The position numbers and the translations under genes are program-made. Under the pieces are notes generated by a model. The model made no database searches. It was not told the origin of the DNA and saw only the letters and a list, made by a program, of their open reading frames with translations. Below, piece by piece: positions 1-7,828 of a stretch of 12,150 bases of DNA. Numbering within the stretch: position 1 is the stretch's first letter; every line of letters starts with the position of its first letter. The DNA comes from Octopus sinensis (Eukaryota), in NCBI RefSeq assembly GCF_006345805.1, contig NW_021826681.1, positions 1 through 12,150 on the forward strand, in the 5' to 3' direction.

Positions 1-181
1 GTGAGCTAATGTATATGCTGTATATTAGCTCATTCCCTCCATCAAATCGACATTGATTGTACAGATGCACGGTACGCCATACGCCAGATGTCTAAGTTTT
101 CGCAGAGCGACTTGAAAGAAACTGTTTTGCTCAAGAACACAAAGCACTACTTTGTCTGGAAATGGAAACTGCGATGTTGTT
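1..181 (-). mobile_element. tRNA-derived SINE (host element), 3' part; B-box remnant and body
   Basis: Minus strand reads ...GTTTCCATTTCC (decayed GTTCGATTCC-type B box, plus 158-169), then TTGTGTTCTTGAGCAAAAC (CORE-like CCTTGRGCAAG motif) and GTCGATTTGATGGAGGGA. It becomes contiguous with 807-856 once the 182-788 insert and one TSD are removed. Family recognition is from memory of Octopus repeats. Confidence 0.65.
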
Positions 182-806
182 TAAGGCGGTAAGTGCTGGC
201 AGAACCGTTAGCAACGCCGGACGAAATGCTTAGCGGTATTTCGTCTGCCGCTACGTCCTGAGTTCAAATTCCGCCGAGGTCGACTTTGCCATTTCATCCT
301 TTAGAGGTCCATAAATTAAGTACTTGTTACGCACTGGGGTCGATGTAATCGACTTAATCCGTTTGTCTGTCCTTGTTTTCCCCCTCTGTGTTTAGCCCCT
401 TGTGGGTAATAAAGAAACAGGTATTTCGTCTGCCGCTACGTTCTGAGTTCAAATTCCGCCGAGGTCGACTTTGCCTTTCATCCTTTCGGGGTCAATTAAA
501 TAAGTACCAGTTACGCACTGGGGTCGATATAATCAACTTAATCCGTTTGTCTGTCCTTGTTTGTCCTCTCTGTGTTTAGCCCCTTGTGGGTAGTAAAGAA
601 ATAGGTATTTCGTCTGCCGTTACGTTCTGAGTTCAAATTCCGCCGAGGTCGACTTTGCCTTTCATTCTTTCGGGGTCGATAAATTAAGTACCAGTTACGT
701 ACTGGGGTCGTTGTAATCGACTTAATCCGTTTGTCTGTCCTTGTTTGTCCCCTCTATGTTTAGCCACTTCAGGGGCAATAAAGAAATAGGAAACTGCGAT
801 GTTGTT
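164..806 (+). repeat. 18-bp target-site duplication GGAAACTGCGATGTTGTT at 164-181 and 789-806
   Basis: Perfect direct repeat read directly on both sides of the 182-788 SINE. Confidence 0.95.
182..788 (+). mobile_element. tRNA-derived SINE: one head plus three tandem ~184-bp body units
   Basis: A-box-like GCTGGCAGAA near 195-204. Units start GGTATTTCGTC at 235, 420 and 604, each with B box GAGTTCAAATTCC, core GCCTTTCATCCTTTCGGGGTCGATAAA and tail AATAAAGAAATA. Bounded by the 18-bp TSD. Confidence 0.92.
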
Positions 807-856
807 ATCGTGAGTGCGGTACCAAAACGACTGCGCGCCTTGACTCAGCCATACAC
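807..856 (-). mobile_element. 5' tRNA-like head (A box) of the host SINE
   Basis: Minus strand TGGCTGAGTCAA (plus 840-851) resembles the A box TGGCNNAGTGG and runs through the TSD into the B-box remnant at 158-169. Confidence 0.6.
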
Positions 857-866
857 ATACTATACG

Positions 867-1074
867 AATAATCTTTTCTAGTATAGGCCTGAAATTTTGG
901 TGAATCGGTATAGTTGATTACACCGACTCCATTGTTCAACTGGTACGTTTTTCATCGATTCCGAAAGGATAAGAGGCAAAGTGGACCTCAGCGGAATTTG
1001 AAGTCAAAACGTAAAGACTAAACACTTGCCACTAAACACTTGCCCGATTTGCTGTCGATTCTGCCAGCTCGCCG
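867..1074 (-). mobile_element. tRNA-derived SINE with a head/core related to 182-788 but a different tail (CAAAATTTCAGGCC...AGAAAAGATTATT)
   Basis: Minus strand GGCGAGCTGGCAGAATCG...TTCAAATTCCGCTGAGGTCCACTTTGCC...; internal 14-bp tandem duplication ACTAAACACTTGCC (1017-1044). Confidence 0.85.
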
Positions 1075-1097
1075 TCGTAGTGCTTTTTAAATAAATC

Positions 1098-1271
1098 TTT
1101 TGATTATATTGACTTTCGGTACTCAACTGATACGTAATTTATCGACTCCGAAAGGATGAAAGGCAAAGTCGACCTCGGCGGAATTTGAACTCAGAACGTA
1201 GCGGCAGACGAAATACCTCTAAACATTTTTACCCTGCGTTCTAACGTTTCTGCCAGCACTTGCCGCCTTAA
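1098..1271 (-). mobile_element. 3'-truncated SINE of the same subfamily as 182-788
   Basis: Minus strand TTAAGGCGGCAAGTGCTGGCAGAAACGTTAG...GGTATTTCGTCTGCCGCTACGTTCTGAGTTCAAATTCCGCCGAGGTCGAC is near-identical to 181-300. Confidence 0.92.
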
Positions 1272-1284
1272 TTCAATCTAAATT

Positions 1285-1305
1285 ATGATGATGATGATGA
1301 TGATG
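1285..1305 (+). repeat. (ATG)7 microsatellite
   Basis: Direct reading. Confidence 0.95.
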
Positions 1306-2305
1306 GACTGTGTCAATGGGATTCGAGTGTTCTTTCTCTAGTTAATTTTCCTGATTGTCATGATGAGAAGTGTTGCGAAGACCAAGACATTGTTCCTCTC
1401 GAGAAAGTCTTCCCAGGGCGCTTCGCAACGCCTGTGGAATATCAATGAGGCAAGTGGAACATTTAACCCGTTAGCATTCAAATTATTCTGTCAAATATAA
1501 TGCTTATTCATTCGCTTTGTTTTGAAATAATCATGGATTATCTTGTAGCATCAAAATTTCGATGATGGGATTGTTTATTTTTAGAATGACATTGCAGGGC
1601 AAGTGTAAGGAACCTGATCTGGCTGGTTTGAACATCAGGTAGAATATCTGGGCCTGAATTAGCCGGTTTAAATGCTAAAGTATTCACGAGTTATGGAAAG
1701 CCGGAGACTAGATTAGATGCTAGAATTGTAAGTGCTGTTACAGTAATCTGCTAGCTTCAGGGTTCGATCTTTAGAAGAGGCGAGGTTGATAAAAGAAGAA
1801 AAAAGCCAAACTTGCTATTTTCAATTCGGTCTTCGTGCCTATCCTCACCTATAGTCATGAATATTGGGTATTGACCGAAAGAGCTTGATCGCGATCATAA
1901 GCATCCAAGCATCCAAAATGGGTACCTGAATATCTCTGGAATAATGTTACTCGATGGTGTACGTAACTTGAAGATCAGGGTCTCTTTCCAGGTTGAGCCG
2001 CTACCTCTCGGGATTGAGAGGTCACAGCTCAGATACTATGGACATGTGGTTAGAATGTCGTAGGATAGGATCGTAAGACGGATTCTTCACTTGAAGCTGA
2101 GCCTGCTGGCAGGCAACCTACGGGTAGACCAAGAATGAAATGGTTCGATACCATCAATAGTCACAGATGATCATGCTTGGGAATCCATCCGCAAATTGAC
2201 GGTTGCTTTTGATAGGACCTCATGGAGGAGGTGCCTGAGAATTCTACCCCAACGACCGTCCAGGAATACTAGACAGAGAAGATAGATGGCTGGATGGCTG
2301 GATGG
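1306..2305 (+). mobile_element. 5'-truncated, decayed RTE-clade LINE (RT C-terminal region) with (GATG)-type tail; interrupted by a MITE
   Basis: Manual translation across stops and frameshifts gives MRSVAKTKTLFLSRK..CGISMRQVEH / VFTSYG..LDARI..AKLAIFNSVFVPILTYSHEYWVLTER..IERSQLRYYGHVVRM..GRPRMKW..DRTSWRRCLRILPQRP. These are the RTE motifs VPxLTYGxExW, QLRWFGHVxRM and GRPRxRW. Stop at 2283-2285, then GATGGCTGGATGGCTGGATGG. Confidence 0.9.
1467..1680. mobile_element. MITE with TTAA|CCC terminus (piggyBac superfamily-type)
   Basis: TTAA at 1463-1466 is followed by CCCGTTAGCATTCAAA. The inverted copy TTTAAATGCTAAAG lies at 1667-1680, but the terminal GG and the right TTAA are missing. It splits otherwise colinear RTE coding sequence. 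Confidence 0.75.
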
Positions 2306-3078
2306 AAATCAGAATGTCTCTTGTGGTTGAACAAGTCTATATGCGAGTGGCTTTGTCGCTGGCAACCCGATCCGACGTATTTGTCACTTTTGAGGGGCCA
2401 GAGTGGTACTTTGGCGTAGCGGGTTGCACGACGCTTATGGAGCTGATCGTTACAGTAGTGTAGCAGTTTGATCCCAAACGATCTGGCTAAGAGTTAATCT
2501 GTCCAAATCATAGCTTATAAACTACGCAGTTATGCCTGCGCTTTTGAAGATATTATTAATGTTTTTTTAATATGTACAAAAAAAATGTTATAACGACGTT
2601 TTTTTTAAAAGAATTTTGATATCTCTACATAAATTTATTTTTGTGATAATTAATTATAAATATCCATTTGTAATGAAACTCAGAGTTTATGGAAATACGT
2701 TTTACCGTTCATATATGCTTCGACCTTGAATCACATGACGTATCCTTTACAACGATATTTCTTTAAATAAATGTTACTTTTTACATGTCTCCATAAAATA
2801 TACTTGAAGCAATCGTTAATTATCAAAAAAAAAAGAAGAATAACAAACAATTATAAGTTATAAATTTTTTGATAAACGATAATAAAAGACAAGCATCGGT
2901 TTTCTAAGTGCTCATTACAGATGAATTTTATCATATAGAAAAGTAAAGTTTAAAAAAATTTATACCTAACATAATTTATGATATTTTTAAATACGTATTT
3001 TTGAAATTAATCATTTTGAATATGTCTACCTATATTACATACACAAAGTGTGATTCGACTCTTAAGTTATAGAAATAC

Positions 3079-3187
3079 ATTTTGCAGGTGAATCTTCTTT
3101 CAGAGCCCGCGGCACAGCAGTTATCATGGCCAACAAGTCATTTGTAGAGCGAATTTTAGTTAAAGAAACATTAGAATAAATATGTCG
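3079..3187 (-). CDS. Candidate internal exon of an unidentified host gene (RHIYSNVSLTKIRSTNDLLAMITAVPRALKEDSPAK)
   Basis: Unique, relatively GC-rich island in very AT-rich DNA. A long T-rich tract ends TTTATTTTTAG at the acceptor (AG = 3189-3188). Only one frame is open, and the donor AAT|GTATTT is modest. A competing plus-strand reading exists (3088-3179). Confidence 0.35.
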
Positions 3188-3358
3188 CTAAAAATAAACT
3201 TAGAATATAAAATAACATCAAAATAAAATAAACCAGTGATTTTTTAAATATTTAAAATTAAATTAATACAAACATACTTCTCATTGATAGCAATACAGTA
3301 AATACGCCAAGATTGCATAAGTCTCTTTTCACAGCTTGTAAATATATCTTTTATCTTT

Positions 3359-3572
3359 TACTGCGGCCATGCTGGAGTAGTGTCTTGAAGAATTTTACGT
3401 TGAATGAATTGACCCCAGCATTTATCTATTTCTTCTTGACCCTGGTACATATTCTGTTGATGTTTTACTTTTTTACTTATATTTTGCTGAAACCCACCTC
3501 CCCACCTAAGTTTCGGAGATGCAAACACACCAGCGCCAGTTGTCAAGCGGTGGCGGGAGAGAAACGCAGGCA

Positions 3573-3624
<52 letters not shown>
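3359..3624 (-). mobile_element. 3' half of the bipartite SINE (diverged copy) ending in the (CA)n linker
   Basis: CTGCGGCCATGCTGGAG, GACCCCAG and AAACACACCAGC..GTTGTCAAGCG match 7868-8040; (CA)n at 3576-3624. Confidence 0.85.
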
Positions 3625-3625
<1 letters not shown>

Positions 3626-3637
3626 TATACGTGTGTG

Positions 3638-3807
3638 TCTGTATAAACAGATGAGGTTCACACAAACACATACAATGTGTGTGCGAGCGTGATGGTGTGT
3701 ATATGTGCTTTCTTTTTCTTCCAAGCACACTTAAGCGTGCGCACGTTACTTTCATATTACTAATGCCACGACAAGATCATAGACAAACTATTGAAATCTA
3801 TACCAGA
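3638..3807. repeat. Left arm of ~170-bp inverted repeat IR1
   Basis: Reverse complement of 5105-5277; the ORF track also shows near-identical peptides on opposite strands (THHHARTHIV.VCVNLICLYR). Confidence 0.92.
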
Positions 3808-4248
3808 TTTCTATTGAAATCTATAAATCTGTGGTGGTGATGGTGGTGGTGGTATAGGGTGCATGTGACTACTTGGCGTGTCTTTATGTATGTGCAAGCT
3901 TAATGCTTCAATGGAAAGAGACTGTACCTTAACGATTCGGATGGTAGTTCTTCATCATGAGGGAGACAACAATATAGAATAAGTGGCAATGAAGACTAGA
4001 CTGAGATGGAAATGAAATCAATAAAATCGGATGAAAGGTTAGAACCATTTAAAAATGTTGTTTTAAAGGGAAGGAGTTAAGAAAACAGTAAAAAGCGGCA
4101 ATTTATACGCATGTGTAGAATTATATACACATGTTCGTGTATGTACATTCTAACCTCAGTATTTTGCTACTCAGTTCCTTCATCCACTATACACACAAAT
4201 TTTACGGAGCAATTATGTAGTATCGCATCTTAAAATGTCATTTGAGCA

Positions 4249-4304
<56 letters not shown>

Positions 4305-4305
4305 C

Positions 4306-4364
<59 letters not shown>

Positions 4365-4617
4365 CTTTTTTTATTCTTTTCACGATCCCTTTTGATCGGA
4401 TTTCGCCTCTTTTTTTCTCCTTCTCTTCTTCCCAAAAAGAAAAGCTCTACTTTGTATTTTGTTCCGTCTGTGTGCAGCCCTGTGTAGCTAACAAAGAAAC
4501 ATATCTATCTAACTACCAATCCCTCCCTCCCTCTCTCCATCCATCCATCCATCCATCCATCCATCCATCCGTTAATCCATCCATCCATCCATCCATCCAT
4601 CAATCCATCCATCCATC

Positions 4618-4663
<46 letters not shown>

Positions 4664-4738
4664 TTGTCTCTCTATCTATCTATCTATCTATCATCTATCT
4701 ATCTATTATTATCTATCTATCTATTATCTATCTGTCTG

Positions 4739-4822
<84 letters not shown>

Positions 4823-4836
4823 CTTACCTATCTATC
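4249..4836. repeat. Compound tetranucleotide microsatellite (TGTC)n-(TATC)n ... (CCAT)n-(TATC)n
   Basis: Direct reading; it generates the IYLS/IHPS ORFs. Confidence 0.97.
4455..4500 (+). mobile_element. Isolated SINE-tail fragment inside the microsatellite block
   Basis: TTTGTTCCGTCTGTGTGCAGCCCTGTGTAGCTAACAAAGAAACA resembles the unit tail at 375-419. Confidence 0.5.
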
Positions 4837-5104
4837 CAATAAGCTAGTTGTTCAACAAGATAGCTAGCTATCTGTACAGTTATTACATTCTATATTACGT
4901 TACATAACTTTTGACGATTCTGTTTGAAATATATCTGTAATACAGACACATCCCACGCACACGCACACGCACACAGACACGTCTTCATATAATTTTCAAC
5001 GCAAATATTTATGTACACACACGCACACGCACACACATGTACACACACACACACGCACGAGCGCGCGCAAATTCCCGAACACACGCACTTTCATATTCTG
5101 ATGG

Positions 5105-5277
5105 TCTGGTATAGATTTCAATAGTTTGCCTATGATCTTGTCGTGGCATTAGTAATATGAAACTCAGGCGCGCGCGCATAAGTGTGCTTGGAAGAAGAAA
5201 AAAGAAGCACATGTACACACCATCACGCTCGCACACACATTGTATGGGTTTGTGTGAACCTCATCTGTTTATACAGA
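5105..5277. repeat. Right arm of inverted repeat IR1
   Basis: Reverse complement of 3638-3807, roughly 90% identical by eye. Confidence 0.92.
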
Positions 5278-5289
5278 AAATCATATATA

Positions 5290-5324
<35 letters not shown>

Positions 5325-5380
5325 AATTGAGATAGGGGTTGTAAATGCAACCCTCCATGGGATAACATATATCCAATATC

Positions 5381-5520
5381 CTCATCATTGTTCGACCGTG
5401 GTCGAGACAATGGAATTTACCATGCTATGCCAGACTTCACGGTCCATCATGGCATTACGGAGGTCCTGTTGCTGGATGTCTGTATCCCTGGAGATTACAT
5501 CAGGGTAGGAGAGTGTACCC
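5381..5520 (-). mobile_element. Extreme 3' end of a second RTE-clade LINE with (TGA)n tail
   Basis: Minus strand encodes TLSYPDVISRDTDIQQQDLRNAMMDREVWHSMVNSIVSTTVEQ** (RTE C-terminal DRxxW motif) and ends in TGATGA. Confidence 0.85.
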
Positions 5521-5616
5521 AACAAAGTTAATACATAAATGTTAATGATTGGGATGCAATCAATTCATTTACTGTATTATATGGGCAAAGGTAAAATGAT
5601 TTACCACAAATTACTA

Positions 5617-5870
5617 ATACAAGGTAAGAAAATGGAGAAATACATCTAAATCAAATATCAATTACCAGATAATACTCAATCACATACTTTCTTAAACCAC
5701 CATATAAGAGACTGTGGGGTTAAACATAAAAAAGCAGAACAAATCAGTGTACATAAAGGAATGTACATAAAAAAGTGTACATAAAAGAGTAATGTTGTAT
5801 AATAAGTAGAATATATATAAAAAAGAGAATATAGATATAAGTAAATATAAATATAAGTATAGATTACATC
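5617..5870 (-). mobile_element. Inverted copy of the region downstream of the 7416-7551 hammerhead (putative Penelope-like pLTR/retrozyme fragment); may extend to ~5532
   Basis: Reverse complement of 7544-7791, about 95% identical by eye. The homology is certain; the element class is inferred. Confidence 0.7.
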
Positions 5871-6156
5871 CGCGCATGCGCATCAACGTGTGCACTCTTA
5901 CGCGCTGTGCTTGCGGACATTCGCGTGTACTTGTATGCATGTTCTGGTGTGCATCTTGGTGATCGTGCGTGCGAGAGGGATGAGTGCGTGTGTGCCCGGC
6001 CATGAATTCGCGTGTCCGTGCGGGGGCGTGCATGTACATGTATGTGCATGTGGATGCATTTCGGCGTATCCACTTATATTTACTATATTAGGTTTATCTT
6101 TGTGCTCTTCTTAATTTGTATTCCATTTATTTATCTATTTATCTATACATGGGATT

Positions 6157-6187
<31 letters not shown>

Positions 6188-6930
6188 TATATAATTATAT
6201 ATATATATATATATATTTATGTTTATTTATTTAATTATTATTTTGTTTATTGGCACTTACTAATTTACAATTAATTTAATTTATAATTAATGAACTTATA
6301 TCTAAATTAATAGTAACTTCTGTTTACTTTTTGTGTATGGTATATATACGTCTTTGGATGGGCAGACATATATTTTAATCTATGATTTAGTGGATGTGGT
6401 TTGAGGTGGCGAGGTGTGTGAAAATGTGTATGTGTACGTATGATGTTTTTTGTACATACAGGTATGCTCGTGAGTGGTGTACGGATGTATGTTTTTCTTA
6501 TACATATGAGTACGCAGGTGCGTATTGGGTATGTATTATGTATATGCGAATATTTATTCATGGTGGATATAAGTATAGGTTTTATTTGTACGTATGAGTG
6601 CGCAGATATATATTTAAATATGTATATATGTGTGTGCGAATGTTCCCTGACACAGTATATGAGAGTGTATTAATATTTATGGGTATATGCGGATGTACGT
6701 GTGAGTGTGTGTGTTAGTGTATAGACACTGCTGCCTGTACTGATTTGTCTATAAGCCATGCGATGACAGACATACACTCTGCAATTTAGTGAATGTGTAG
6801 AGATGTGTCGGGGTGTATTCATGTGTGTGTGCATGTGTGTGTGAGTTTTTGTGTGGATGTGTGGGTTTAGGGTTGGATGTGGATGTGTATGTTTTTCTTG
6901 TGCGGTGTGGTGGAGGTCGGGCGGCTCTCA
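5871..6930 (+). repeat. Degenerate TG-rich low-complexity DNA with a central (TA)n/AT-rich block (~6076-6310)
   Basis: Strong G+T bias on the plus strand with decayed (TG)n/(TGCG)n/(TATG)n; no credible ORF. Confidence 0.75.
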
Positions 6931-6940
6931 ACGGACCAAC

Positions 6941-7791
6941 CGTGAGGAAGACAATGATAATTTAAATTCAAATCCAATAGTGAATTTATGTCATAAGGAA
7001 AATTACTAACTGGAACTCGGACATACATATGTGCCACTTTGGATCCAAATGTAAGCGTTATTAATAATATTATGAATGATAATAATGGTAGCATTAATGG
7101 TATTGACAACGATAATGATGCAAACTTTAATGACACTTTAGAAATTAGTATGAAGTAATATAATGTACTATTGACTATGTATATTTGCATCTAGGTACTA
7201 ATATGTGTGTTTATTATCACAATATTAATTGAAAAACTGAAACATTGAATGTGGAACACATATATATGTTTACTAATTTATATTATTATTTACATCATTA
7301 TGTATATGTATATTTTTATATGTATAGGAGTGTGAGTATATGCACTCATATGTATATGTATATGTTGTATTATAGTATGTACCCCACCCATGTGGGTATA
7401 TATGTAGCCATTTATATTACATAATCTCCGAAGAGGCCTTATGATATTTTTGTAAATGTCTCATTTCTATCTATATATATACCATAAAAGGCTAATATTG
7501 GTAACATGAGACATACTTATCTACATGGCCGAAACAGCTGTAAGATGTAATCTATAATTATATTTATATTTACTTATTTTATATTCTCTTTTTATATATA
7601 TTCTACTTATTATACAACATTACTCTTTATGTACACTTTTTTATGTACATTCCTTTATGTACACTGATTTGTTCTGCTTTTTTATGTTTACCCCACAGTC
7701 TCTTATATGGTGGTTAATAAAGTATGTGATTGAGTATATCTGGTAATTGATATTTGATTTAGATGTATTTCTCCATTTTCTTATCTTGTAT
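6941..7791 (+). mobile_element. Putative Penelope-like element 3' end: ORF remnant (6941-7158), AT-rich 3' region and hammerhead motif
   Basis: Frameshifted peptide DNLNSNPIVNLCHK/GKLL resembles the LLNxRxELxxxCRHxxKxLL C-terminus of some Penelope-like GIY-YIG ORFs (from memory). An HHR lies ~260 nt after the stop codon. Confidence 0.5.
7416..7551 (+). ncRNA. Type I hammerhead ribozyme motif with long loop II and U4C core variant
   Basis: Stem I ATTAC(ATA)ATCT / AGAT-GTAAT; core CCGAAGA 7428-7434; stem II GGCC 7435-7438 / GGCC 7527-7530; GAAA 7531-7534; palindromic stem III CAGCTG; GUA cleavage after 7542; 9-bp hairpin ATGTCTCAT/ATGAGACAT inside loop II. Confidence 0.75.
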
Positions 7792-7793
7792 AT

Positions 7794-7827
<34 letters not shown>

Positions 7828-7828
7828 A

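Noticed and set aside
2-32. 9-bp hairpin TGAGCTAAT/ATTAGCTCA
   Set aside because: It lies in a SINE body cut by the window edge, so no function can be assigned
182-290. tRNA genes at the A/B-box motifs (also near 10995 and 8210)
   Set aside because: No cloverleaf can be formed; the boxes continue into SINE bodies and tails
2314-2463. 49-codon plus-strand ORF in a CpG-rich unique patch (the minus-strand frames are also partly open)
   Set aside because: No recognisable motif and no convincing splice sites; left unexplained
3928-3995. Possible 68-nt minus-strand exon (SSLPLILYCCLPHDEELPSESL; acceptor ..CTCAGTCTAG, donor AAG|GTACAG)
   Set aside because: It ends in phase 2 while the 3187 candidate needs phase 0, and there is no homology evidence; only RNA-seq could rescue it
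4235-4867. 210-aa ORF and the other IY/CV/MYV-rich ORFs in the track
   Set aside because: They are translations of stop-free microsatellites ((TATC)n, (TA)n, (CA)n, (CATA)n)
5089-5163. Possible hammerhead (CTGATGG ... GAAAC) with a 9-bp TTTCATATT/AATATGAAA stem
   Set aside because: A9 is absent, the stem pairs the wrong segments and sequesters GAAA, and there is no stem III/NUH site
5331-5531. Plus-strand 66-codon frame with PD..D-like text (YHAMPDFTVHHGITEVLLLDVCIPGD) resembling a restriction-like endonuclease of R2/R4-type elements
   Set aside because: It is the antisense of a clear RTE C-terminus (SYPDVISRDT..DREVW..) with a (TGA)n tail on the minus strand, so the resemblance is coincidental
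7380-7398. CCCAC-CCAT-GTGGG hairpin as a Helitron 3' end
   Set aside because: No CTRR terminus at the expected distance on either strand, and the stem is short enough to arise by chance
5617-7791. Tc1/mariner-like element with 250-bp TIRs and TA target (TA|CAAGG...CTTG|TA)
   Set aside because: There is no transposase remnant. The outer boundary is explained by the right copy running into a (TA)n tract and a SINE, and the inner boundary coincides with the ribozyme cut. Not fully excluded.
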